DNA of 25,161 bases. It comes from a virus. Its lineage: Duplodnaviria > Caudoviricetes. Made by a program: the position numbers and the translations under genes. The DNA lies in the IMG/VR virus record IMGVR_UViG_3300012663_000332, positions 1-25,161 of that record; one strand, given 5' to 3'. The notes below the pieces were generated by a model that worked only from the letters and a program-made list of their open reading frames with translations, was not told the DNA's origin and did no database searches. Each line of letters begins with the position of its first letter. Within the stretch, counting starts at the first letter, position 1. Positions 16,546 to 24,235 of this stretch are shown here, piece by piece.

Positions 16546-16760
16546 GATATGTACTTTAATGCAAATAGTGTTGAATACTTTTCTTCATAGAATGTAAAGG
16601 TAGTGTAAGTAGGTACCTCTCCGATCATCTCATCCCAACGGCTTTGATTGTATGCAAAATCAAAATGCACGCCTTGTACTAATCCGCTAGCTCGTAGTTC
16701 TCTAACTATGTCTAATACATCGTTGGGATTCTTGCGATCGATAGTAACTGTTACAGCCAT
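16542..16760 (-). CDS. hypothetical protein (F-x-LKY variant)
   Basis: ends FTFYEEKYSTLFALKY. Confidence 0.7.
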   Translation of the reverse strand: MAVTVTIDRKNPNDVLDIVRELRASGLVQGVHFDFAYNQSRWDEMIGEVPTYTTFTFYEEKYSTLFALKYIS

Positions 16761-17066
16761 TTAGGGAATTGTTTTCTTCACACGTGGTTTGCGTGGCTTC
16801 TTTGGCGTAGCTGTTATCACAGCAGGCGGTGGCATCATAATAGGTGGATGCTTTTCTTCTGGCTTAGGAATGCTGTCATTCCAGCGGAGAATAAACCAAT
16901 CTCGTTGTGCCGCAGTCTTAAATGACCACAGCCAATCGTTCATAAGATAGCCGCAGTGATTTGCTACTGCCCACTCTTCCATTTCCTTGCGTAGTTCTTC
17001 GGGCAGTTGGTCTTTTTCAAAACGCAAGCCCGGCAAGTTAAACATTCCTACTTTAACATGTTCCAT
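16761..17066 (-). CDS. hypothetical protein (F-x-LRW family) with Pro/Lys-rich tail
   Basis: WSFKTAAQRDWFILRW. Confidence 0.7.
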   Translation of the reverse strand: MEHVKVGMFNLPGLRFEKDQLPEELRKEMEEWAVANHCGYLMNDWLWSFKTAAQRDWFILRWNDSIPKPEEKHPPIMMPPPAVITATPKKPRKPRVKKTIP

Positions 17067-17233
17067 CAGTGTACCGCTTCTTTTACATCCACATCACATT
17101 CTACTACCCAATTATCAAATTGAGTAAACTTGTTAACTTCTATACCCAAGCCAACTGCTTCATTAACAAAGTGTTGCAGTAACGAATTATACAGTTCGTC
17201 GGGCATGGTATCTTTATCAAATTTGATCTTCAT
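17066..17233 (-). CDS. hypothetical protein
   Basis: start MKIKFDK. Confidence 0.6.
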   Translation of the reverse strand: MKIKFDKDTMPDELYNSLLQHFVNEAVGLGIEVNKFTQFDNWVVECDVDVKEAVH

Positions 17234-17504
17234 ATTTCTTCCAAGAGTTAGTTTCGTTATCCCAGTGTCTAGTGTCGTATATTCGAAATGAAACGCCATA
17301 TCCAAATAGCCCTAAACTCATTTCTAAACCTGCATGATCTTCCCTAATACTCCAACTAAAATCTATATCAAATAAACTTCCGCTATATTGGGTATGTTCA
17401 AGTTCCCAAGCAGTGTTCTTGCCAATGCGGCCATAGAGACTGCCTAAGTTATTAAAACTATCAAATGGCAAGCTGATTTGCATGCGTAGACTAATAATCT
17501 TCAT
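17217..17504 (-). CDS. hypothetical protein
   Basis: start MKIISL (ATGA overlap). Confidence 0.65.
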   Translation of the reverse strand: MKIISLRMQISLPFDSFNNLGSLYGRIGKNTAWELEHTQYSGSLFDIDFSWSIREDHAGLEMSLGLFGYGVSFRIYDTRHWDNETNSWKKYEDQI

Positions 17505-17869
17505 AGTACAATCCAAATCAAAAAGATGTAAGTTAATTGATGCGCTAGTTGATCAGCACCAAGCCAGATCCAAAAAGGTTTATGTTCTACTGTGTAGTTA
17601 TATCGCTTGTTGATGTTGATCTTAGCCCAATCAATATGATAGTGTAGGGCAAAGTCAATTGCACCAAGTATAATTGCCAAAGGCCAATTAGACAAGAACA
17701 TCCAAAAGATAATGAATGTAGCAACGCCGTGCTTGATACTGTGCATTACCCCATAAGCATTGCCATAGATGCCTTTGCCGTGTACTTCTTCAGAAGATTG
17801 GTTAACAAAGTCAATGTACCAGTGTTTAACAAACAGCAGGGCCAACAGGATAAAGATACTATCAAACAT
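17501..17869 (-). CDS. DUF3307-like membrane protein
   Basis: KHWYIDF.Q, HS..H, HYHIDWAK, GADQLAH histidine motifs. Confidence 0.8.
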   Translation of the reverse strand: MFDSIFILLALLFVKHWYIDFVNQSSEEVHGKGIYGNAYGVMHSIKHGVATFIIFWMFLSNWPLAIILGAIDFALHYHIDWAKININKRYNYTVEHKPFWIWLGADQLAHQLTYIFLIWIVL

Positions 17870-18035
17870 GATTAGCTTTTATACTATGACGGTATTCACG
17901 TTTGAGCCAATACTTGTACTTTTGAAAATAGACTTCAAGGTTCTCTTCCGGAACTAACTGTCCAATTTCAGCATACTCGTCTTTATGGCGCATCCATATT
18001 TCTTGAAGCCATACACGAAAGGTTGTAGTTTTCAT
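17862..18035 (-). CDS. hypothetical protein (57 aa, MKTTTFRVWLQEIW...)
   Basis: Manual translation; fills gap in operon. Confidence 0.6.
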   Translation of the reverse strand: MKTTTFRVWLQEIWMRHKDEYAEIGQLVPEENLEVYFQKYKYWLKREYRHSIKANHV

Positions 18036-18040
18036 AGGGA

Positions 18041-18244
18041 TTATCGTCCTCTAATCTTGTTTAGGCGCTCGATCTTTTCATAGTCTTCGCGGCATTCCTT
18101 TGAGCAGAATGCGCCCTGAGTAGGCTCTCCACAATCAGGTGACAAACAGGTGCCAGTATTCTCAGGCACCTTTGGCCGATTGGCTAGGCCTTCTTTAACT
18201 AACAATTCAACGTAGCGTTCTGCTTCGTCCAACGGATCACTCAT
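18041..18244 (-). CDS. TraR/DksA-like or DUF2116-like C4 zinc-finger protein
   Basis: N-terminal DPLDEA (DxxDxA); C..C..FC..C. Confidence 0.6.
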   Translation of the reverse strand: MSDPLDEAERYVELLVKEGLANRPKVPENTGTCLSPDCGEPTQGAFCSKECREDYEKIERLNKIRGR

Positions 18245-18582
18245 GCTGTCTCCAATTCTTTTACGTGTTTGCAGTCACCGCGGAATGTAAAGCCCGGGCA
18301 TGTGCATGTATGTTCTTCTGTATTCACTTGATAAAAGGTATTAGGCTTAGATCCTTGTACTTGCTTAATCCAGGGCATAGGTTCTGGCTTAGCCTGTTGC
18401 GTAAACGGATTAGGCTTAACTAGTTCAAACTTACGACCACTCTTGCTAAAGCCCTTGATACCCGATTTAAAGTAAAAGGGACTTGTTTCGCCTACTTTGA
18501 TATAGGCAACTAGAGTAGTACCATCAAGCAAATAAGTATGGGCAGGAAACAACCCGCCCGTGATTTCTTTAATGGCTTCCAT
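18241..18582 (-). CDS. SWIM zinc-finger protein
   Basis: GS..YQV..CTCPGFTFRGDCKHV. Confidence 0.8.
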   Translation of the reverse strand: MEAIKEITGGLFPAHTYLLDGTTLVAYIKVGETSPFYFKSGIKGFSKSGRKFELVKPNPFTQQAKPEPMPWIKQVQGSKPNTFYQVNTEEHTCTCPGFTFRGDCKHVKELETA

Positions 18583-18583
18583 A

Positions 18584-18724
18584 TTAAGGAGTATCAGTTA
18601 CGCCCAGGAAACTACCCGAGCCATATTGGCTTTCGCAAATAGCAATAGCCTGTCCCAAACTATGGGCATTAAAGCCAATGTCTGCAAAAGTACCGTTACT
18701 AAGTTTTACGCGAAGTACAAACAT
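18584..18724 (-). CDS. hypothetical protein (46 aa, MFVLRVKLSNG...)
   Basis: Manual translation; AAAGG RBS; first gene behind promoter. Confidence 0.6.
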   Translation of the reverse strand: MFVLRVKLSNGTFADIGFNAHSLGQAIAICESQYGSGSFLGVTDTP

Positions 18725-18758
18725 GATGTTACCTTTCTAGTGTGTGTGTATGAGTAGT

Positions 18759-18787
18759 ATTATATGACATATTGCCCGGTACGTCAA
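18759..18787 (-). promoter_or_regulatory. sigma70 promoter of leftward small-gene operon
   Basis: TTGACG-17-TATAAT. Confidence 0.8.
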
Positions 18788-18815
18788 CCTTTTTTGGCTA
18801 GGCCGTCAAACCAGC

Positions 18816-18823
18816 TATAAATA
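18816..18823 (+). promoter_or_regulatory. T4-type late promoter TATAAATA
   Basis: Exact TATAAATA upstream of AAGGA RBS and GTG start. Confidence 0.6.
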
Positions 18824-18843
18824 CTGCCAATATAAGGATTCAC

Positions 18844-19635
18844 GTGGTAAACAACTCTTTGGCCCTAGTAGACAGTATTGGACTGCATTCATTGTTGCCT
18901 GTTGTGCTAAATTGTAAAGCCGGCAAGTATCCATTTTGGGCGCAGGATACCAAAGAAGAGTTTTATCGCAATGCCAACAAGCTCATGCCAAATTGGCTAT
19001 ATGATATCGAAGAAGTTACTTATACCATAAACAGTCGTGGCTATCGTTGCAAGGAGTTTGATGCAATAGACTGGGCCAATAGCATTGTATTATTGGGCTG
19101 CTCATTTGTGTTTGGCGAGGGTGTAGACGATCAAGACACAATAGCCAATCAACTAAGCACTATAACCAAAATGCCCGTAGTCAATCTAGGAGCATGTGGT
19201 ACGGGCTTACAATGGCAACTGCACAACATGACCCTAATGCGTAGACACTTGCCCGCACCTCGAGCAGTTATATGCCTATGGCCCGATGCTGGACGTGATC
19301 TATACTACGTTAGTCCATACGAAGTATTCAACGGTGGGCCTTGGAACATGAAGCAGGGTAACAGCACGGATCATTGGAACAAGGGTGCCAACCCAGGAAC
19401 CCAGCTATGGATGGCACATCAACAGGCCCGTTACATGTGGAAGGATACTAGCCTTTACATAGCAGCGGCCTGGCAAGCAGAAGTAAGCGATACCCTGGGG
19501 GTATACCGTATGGACACAGTATGGCAGGACCTACCCAAGGCACGTGACCTAAGGCACCCGGGACGTCAGGCTAACTATCTAGCAGCCGAACAGCTACGCA
19601 CCCTGTTAAAGGACAACAATGTCATCCCTAGATGA
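18844..19635 (+). CDS. SGNH/GDSL hydrolase-like protein (paralogue 1)
   Basis: NSRGYR..EF, LGCSFVFGEG, VNLG..G, RDLRHPG. Confidence 0.7.
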   Translation: MVNNSLALVDSIGLHSLLPVVLNCKAGKYPFWAQDTKEEFYRNANKLMPNWLYDIEEVTYTINSRGYRCKEFDAIDWANSIVLLGCSFVFGEGVDDQDTIANQLSTITKMPVVNLGACGTGLQWQLHNMTLMRRHLPAPRAVICLWPDAGRDLYYVSPYEVFNGGPWNMKQGNSTDHWNKGANPGTQLWMAHQQARYMWKDTSLYIAAAWQAEVSDTLGVYRMDTVWQDLPKARDLRHPGRQANYLAAEQLRTLLKDNNVIPR

Positions 19636-20431
19636 AAATCAACCTAGCCCACAGCTAGCCGCATGCCAAGCCAGCCCGGGCCTACTACCCCATACCCAAC
19701 ACAATGCTGGTACCCACCTCTTCTGGGGCTTTGATGAAGAGCCACGTTATAAGAACAACCTAAAGATCAAGCCTGCTGATTGGCCCTATAGAAACAAGCA
19801 TATAGACTATACTATCAACAGCCTGGGCTATAGGGCTCCGGAGTTTGACACAGTTGATTGGGCCAATAGCATAGTAGTGTTTGGCTGTAGCTTTGTATTT
19901 GGGGACGGCCTGGCTCACGAAGAAACCATTAGCCAACGTATAGAACAAGCTACGGGTACAACCACTATCAATCTAGGAGCAGGGGGTTCGGGCATAGTAT
20001 GGAATCTACACAACCAATTACTATTAAGCACACACTATCCCACACCTAAAGCCGTTGTATGCTTATGGCCCAGTATTAATAGAGATCAACAGTACGAACG
20101 CGAGGATCATGTGTATCGCAGTGGGCCTTGGAACATGCACAAAGACTCATCAGCTGATCATTGGAACAGAGGCACTAATGCCGCTACACACGCATGGATG
20201 AACCGCCAGTTAGCTATACAGCTATGGGCAAACAAATGCCCATTTGTGGATGCTACATTACTTAGATCAACACACTGGGCCACGGGCTGTGATCTGGTAG
20301 CGGACAACTGGGGTGAATGGGCCTCTACTGCTAGAGATGGTGTGCATCCAGGCGGTGAAGTTAGCCAAAAGATAAGCGACCACTTCGTAAGCCAACTGAG
20401 CCGCGAAGCGGTTGCGGCGCAAAAATTTTAG
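19619..20431 (+). CDS. SGNH/GDSL hydrolase-like protein (paralogue 2)
   Basis: NSLGYR..EF, FGCSFVFGDG, INLGAGG, RDGVHPG. Confidence 0.7.
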   Translation: MSSLDENQPSPQLAACQASPGLLPHTQHNAGTHLFWGFDEEPRYKNNLKIKPADWPYRNKHIDYTINSLGYRAPEFDTVDWANSIVVFGCSFVFGDGLAHEETISQRIEQATGTTTINLGAGGSGIVWNLHNQLLLSTHYPTPKAVVCLWPSINRDQQYEREDHVYRSGPWNMHKDSSADHWNRGTNAATHAWMNRQLAIQLWANKCPFVDATLLRSTHWATGCDLVADNWGEWASTARDGVHPGGEVSQKISDHFVSQLSREAVAAQKF

Positions 20432-20500
20432 AGGGAAACTAATCGTTTAGCCCGATACCGAGTATCAGCCTAAACTCTCGCGAAGTCGACTATATACATT

Positions 20501-20680
20501 ATGACAATATTCTACGCATACAGCCCCACATTAAATCAACTAGTAACCAACGAAGAGTTTAAAACTACAGCCCTAGGTCTAATAGACTGGCTTAACGATC
20601 TCAACGAGGGTGCCTACAGAGGAGTCGAAGACTGGTCAGCACAGGCCACACCCGAAGAGGGAGGACTCAGGCTTGCTTAA
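20501..20680 (+). CDS. hypothetical protein (59 aa, MTIFYAYSPTL...)
   Basis: Manual translation; overlaps TTG start of next gene. Confidence 0.55.
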   Translation: MTIFYAYSPTLNQLVTNEEFKTTALGLIDWLNDLNEGAYRGVEDWSAQATPEEGGLRLA

Positions 20681-21431
20681 CCACAGTATTATCTATAAAA
20701 GCCTGCTTAAGGTCAATACTGCGGGCAAGGGTGTGTATAACTATATGGGCGGCGATACCAAAGAGTTATTTCTAGCCAATTTAAAAACTCAGCCAGCCGA
20801 TTGGTACTATCGCACACACCCTATTACCTATACGCTCAACGAACAGGGCTACAGACTAGAGCAAGAACTAGATAGCATAGACTGGCCCAATGCTACAGTC
20901 TTATTCGGATGTAGCAACGTGTTCGGGGACGGTATTGCCAACAAGCATACTATCAGCAGCCAACTACAAGCCTTAATCAAAGAACCCGTTATAAACCTAG
21001 GTATAGGGGGTGCAAGTGCAGAGCTAATACGCCACAATCTAACACTGTTATTAGAGTATTACCCCAGACCCAAACGTATAGTCATATTGTGGCCGGATCG
21101 TACTCGTACTGTCAGCTACGAACACAACTATCCCGCTATACACGGCAGCTGGAACATAGAACAAAATACGCTAGCGGACTTGTGGAATCAAGGGCACAAC
21201 GCAGACAATCAGTTTTGGTTCACCCGCATGTCAGTTAAACAGCAGTGCAAAGACATAGAGTATATAGATGCTTGTGTTAATGCCGACGATGCAGTACTAG
21301 TGCAAACAGAGTCAATATACGAGTTAAGGCGCCGTGGTGATCATATGGGTGCTAGGGATCTAAAGCATCCCAGTCCGGGCGCATGCAGTCTTATTGCTCA
21401 ATGGATACGCTCACAAATTACGGGTGTCTAG
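20673..21431 (+). CDS. SGNH/GDSL hydrolase-like protein (paralogue 3)
   Basis: NEQGYR, FGCSNVFGDG, INLGIGG, RDLKHPS; TTG start after GGAGG. Confidence 0.7.
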   Translation: MLNHSIIYKSLLKVNTAGKGVYNYMGGDTKELFLANLKTQPADWYYRTHPITYTLNEQGYRLEQELDSIDWPNATVLFGCSNVFGDGIANKHTISSQLQALIKEPVINLGIGGASAELIRHNLTLLLEYYPRPKRIVILWPDRTRTVSYEHNYPAIHGSWNIEQNTLADLWNQGHNADNQFWFTRMSVKQQCKDIEYIDACVNADDAVLVQTESIYELRRRGDHMGARDLKHPSPGACSLIAQWIRSQITGV

Positions 21432-22052
21432 ATAAGCAGTATGTCTAGTGCTTAGACCACGTAGCATGATGTTATAGCTGACAACAATGCGTCTAACTGT
21501 GGGATTGGGCATGCTGTGTGGTACACCGTGTGTTAGCCAAGCTGGCCACATGGTTATTTTACATTCTTCGGGTACAACTGATAGATCTGTGCCAATTATT
21601 TCATTAGATGGGCTATGATAATCGGGCGCAAACATTGTAGCCGCGGGTCGTGGATCCCTAAAAAACGTACCCGCTGATCCCTCGGGTACTTGTAAGTATA
21701 TAACACCCGAATACTGTGCATTGGCATGTATATGCTCAAGATGCACACAGCCCAAAGGTGCTATGTTGGCCCACATGCAGTTGATTAGAATGTCATCACG
21801 TTTGACTGTTAGCCAATCTAAACTAGCATTGACAAATGTCTTGATCTCCTCGCATAGATCAGCAAACTCAGGGCGTGTTTGCAGATCATCTTTGCTGGTC
21901 CAGTTGTTGACTAGATCCCCGTGATTGCCCATGGGATCAGCACGTTCCTCTGCTTGCATAGCCAGTAAATGATCTCTAGCAGAATCATTAGTCTCACGGG
22001 TAATAGTACCAGTGAAAAAGGGAGTTGCCCATAGTTTGCGTACTTGTATCAT
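21411..22052 (-). CDS. putative 2OG-Fe(II) oxygenase (TIGR02466-like)
   Basis: WAN..EHIH..SGVIYL, FRDPRP, WPAWLTHGV, RIVVSYN. Confidence 0.85.
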   Translation of the reverse strand: MIQVRKLWATPFFTGTITRETNDSARDHLLAMQAEERADPMGNHGDLVNNWTSKDDLQTRPEFADLCEEIKTFVNASLDWLTVKRDDILINCMWANIAPLGCVHLEHIHANAQYSGVIYLQVPEGSAGTFFRDPRPAATMFAPDYHSPSNEIIGTDLSVVPEECKITMWPAWLTHGVPHSMPNPTVRRIVVSYNIMLRGLSTRHTAYLDTRNL

Positions 22053-22076
22053 ATAGTTAATTAGCCAATGATAACC

Positions 22077-22187
22077 TTATACACATATAGTCTTGGTAAT
22101 AACAGTGTATTCGGGTATAGTAGTCATCATAAGTGCTGTGATGATCATAGCCCACGCTAACAAGAACCCAAGAAAGAAATTACGCAT
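22077..22187 (-). CDS. possible single-TM mini-protein (36 aa)
   Basis: MRNFFLGFLLAWAMIITALMM... Confidence 0.35.
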   Translation of the reverse strand: MRNFFLGFLLAWAMIITALMMTTIPEYTVITKTICV

Positions 22188-22333
22188 ATATCGCTTATAG
22201 TAGTGTGTACATGTATATGAGTTACTGCTGTAATCCATAATGGCAGCTAGAACTTGCTATACACTAACACAGACAAGTATACATGTACTAGCTAAAGCAT
22301 ACAAGTCTTTTGGCTATACACAGTAAATATACC

Positions 22334-22540
22334 ATGAGAGCTGAATTAGTCTATAGTCCAAAGGATCAATTGTATCGTGTAATAGATATACCATACAATC
22401 ATCTAGTACTGCAAACATCAAGCTATGCTATAGCAGACTATTGGAGACATAGAGTAAACAGATGCAATCACCCTTTACCATACGATATAATAGCACACGA
22501 TCGTAGAGTAATGGCTGTTAAACGCAACTTGGGTATATAG
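22334..22540 (+). CDS. hypothetical protein
   Basis: ATG 4 nt after TAAATA box. Confidence 0.55.
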   Translation: MRAELVYSPKDQLYRVIDIPYNHLVLQTSSYAIADYWRHRVNRCNHPLPYDIIAHDRRVMAVKRNLGI

Positions 22541-22849
22541 GCCCCGCTGTGCGTGTATACATGTATGTGTATATACAGTGATTAGACTATATAATCTAGT
22601 TTGGGTTTACGCTCAATTGTGCTGTCGTAAAGGTATAGCATATAAGCGTACTGCTCAGGTAGATAGTAGTCCACATACATTGCACCCACTGACATCCATC
22701 CTGCTCTGCGCTGTACGTAAATGGATAGGGGATCCTGATCTCTAAATGGCATGTAGCTACGGTAGCAAGTGTATAACATTGTGTATTTACTATAGGCCCC
22801 GCTGTGAGCATGTGTGCATATGACTGTATATAGCAAAGGCCCCGCTGTG
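22539..22849. repeat. three copies of AGGCCCCGCTGTG (22539, 22794, 22837)
   Basis: Exact 13-mer; copies 1 and 2 extend to TATAGGCCCCGCTGTG. Confidence 0.9.
22582..22779 (-). CDS. hypothetical protein
   Basis: ATG 4 nt after TAAATA box; start MLYTCY. Confidence 0.55.
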   Translation of the reverse strand: MLYTCYRSYMPFRDQDPLSIYVQRRAGWMSVGAMYVDYYLPEQYAYMLYLYDSTIERKPKLDYIV

Positions 22850-23218
22850 AAGCCGTGCGTGTTGAGTGGAGAGAATGGTTTAGGAAGAGTTCTGGACCGG
22901 GATTGAGTAACCATTTTAACTATGCCCATTTCTGCCACCGTGAAGAAAAAATTTTCTACCCTTAAGACCGTGGCCCCACCCTTGAATCTGAGTCATTATC
23001 TAGATTCTGTTGCACTTTGTCACACAATTCCACACTTTTTGACACTTTTCTCACGGTGGGACCCCGTCGTATGATCACTATGAGACGGTGGGGTGATCTA
23101 TTTCACACTTTACTCACACTTATATACACTCTCTCACTATACAGTACAGTGTCAAGTCTGTCTAACTGCTATATAGACTATCAACTGTTAAATACAGTAT
23201 ATCCACTGGGAGCTGATT

Positions 23219-23428
23219 ATGACTATGACTACTCTAGCACATGTTGAAGTAACGGGCCAGCAGTTCAATATACATATTAGTGTATGCGATGAGAGTCACA
23301 CTATACATATATTCAAGTATAATGCTCAACGCTGTTATTATGATATATTCGATAATCAAGAGGATGCTTGTGACTTTATCAATATCGGTATGCCGCGAGG
23401 TGGATGGCGAGTTAATATTGATGATTAA
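23219..23428 (+). CDS. hypothetical protein
   Basis: GGAG RBS; upstream TAAATA; hairpin downstream. Confidence 0.55.
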   Translation: MTMTTLAHVEVTGQQFNIHISVCDESHTIHIFKYNAQRCYYDIFDNQEDACDFINIGMPRGGWRVNIDD

Positions 23429-23448
23429 AGGCCGAGAACACTCAGCCA

Positions 23449-23474
23449 AAAACCCACTTTGTCAAGCGGGTTTT
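23449..23474. terminator. probable bidirectional terminator hairpin
   Basis: AAAACCCACTT-TGTC-AAGCGGGTTTT. Confidence 0.6.
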
Positions 23475-23517
23475 ATTTTGGGTTGTTTATTTACAACACC
23501 AAAATCCGTTTCGTTTT

Positions 23518-23557
23518 AGTTAGTAGGCGCTTACTTACAAGTTAGTTGGCACTTACT
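23518..23557. repeat. tandem 18-bp imperfect direct repeat, 22-bp period
   Basis: AGTTAGTAGGCGCTTACT and AGTTAGTTGGCACTTACT. Confidence 0.8.
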
Positions 23558-23616
23558 AACTTAAGAAATGCCGCCCAGCCTCCACGTCCACCCCCTCTAA
23601 GTTCGAACATATGCAT

Positions 23617-23645
23617 ATTATACGGCATTTTGGCTATTTCGTCAA
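23617..23645 (-). promoter_or_regulatory. leftward sigma70 promoter with no substantial downstream ORF
   Basis: TTGACG-17-TATAAT. Confidence 0.75.
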
Positions 23646-23647
23646 CC

Positions 23648-23668
23648 GACCCTGTTAACTGTAGGGTC
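23648..23668. repeat. palindromic element copy 1
   Basis: GACCCTGTTAACTGTAGGGTC. Confidence 0.8.
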
Positions 23669-23679
23669 TTTATTTTGGC

Positions 23680-23708
23680 TTGACATTTTGGGCCCTTTGC
23701 GCTATAAT
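23680..23708 (+). promoter_or_regulatory. consensus sigma70 promoter
   Basis: TTGACA-17-TATAAT. Confidence 0.88.
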
Positions 23709-23732
23709 ACGCTATAAACAAAAAGGAGCACT

Positions 23733-24005
23733 ATGTCTACAGTATATAAACAAGCAATTTTTGCACAAGTTGCAAAAGCAAAATTAATATATGTTAAAAA
23801 TAAAGAAACATATAAAATCGTTATTGCATTTAATGTACATAAAAAAATAAAAGATAATGGAGATATTGTGCATATATTCCCTGCACAAAAGCAATGTAAT
23901 TATGTAAGCGGAGATATTAATTACGAGACATTACAAGCAGATACAGAATATGTATTATCGCAAGCTCGTAAGCAATTGCGTACAGATAATATAGAATTTG
24001 TTTAA
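23733..24005 (+). CDS. hypothetical early protein (AT-rich gene)
   Basis: AAGGAG RBS; directly behind promoter. Confidence 0.75.
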   Translation: MSTVYKQAIFAQVAKAKLIYVKNKETYKIVIAFNVHKKIKDNGDIVHIFPAQKQCNYVSGDINYETLQADTEYVLSQARKQLRTDNIEFV

Positions 24006-24025
24006 TAGTTAATAAAAAGGATTAT

Positions 24026-24166
24026 ATGCAAGATTATACACAACGTTTAGATAATATTATGTTACAGTTACAAAGTATTCTCGATGAAGAATACGAAGAT
24101 AATGACAAAATACAAACTGCATTTAATAACTTAGCAATAGCATTAGATGAAGAATTAGGAGTATAA
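24026..24166 (+). CDS. small acidic protein (46 aa, MQDYTQRLDN...DEELGV)
   Basis: Manual translation; AAGGA RBS. Confidence 0.6.
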   Translation: MQDYTQRLDNIMLQLQSILDEEYEDNDKIQTAFNNLAIALDEELGV

Positions 24167-24180
24167 TATTATATAATAAA

Positions 24181-24201
24181 GACCCTGCTAGCTGTAGGGT
24201 C
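24181..24201. repeat. palindromic element copy 2
   Basis: GACCCTGCTAGCTGTAGGGTC. Confidence 0.8.
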
Positions 24202-24230
24202 TTGACTGTTTGGGCTAGATGCGCTATAAT
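24202..24230 (+). promoter_or_regulatory. sigma70 promoter, probably leaderless
   Basis: TTGACT-17-TATAAT, 5 nt before ATG. Confidence 0.8.
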
Positions 24231-24235
24231 ACACT

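Noticed and set aside
830-17957. Short + strand ORFs and nested alternative-frame ORFs in the track (e.g. 830-1093, 2204-2413, 8075-8386, 12371-12697)
   Set aside because: They are shadows of well-supported minus-strand genes, with no recognisable motifs
22539-22849. AGGCCCCGCTGTG repeats as a CRISPR array
   Set aside because: Repeats are only 13-16 bp with irregular spacing (255 and 43 bp) and no cas genes
23017-23519. ORFs 23017-23247, 23234-23449 and 23280-23519
   Set aside because: No convincing RBS; they run through repeats and hairpins or overlap the better-supported 23219-23428 ORF
22050-23700. tRNA genes in the low-coding region
   Set aside because: No cloverleaf with properly placed T-loop and acceptor stem found by eye; tRNAscan-SE would confirm
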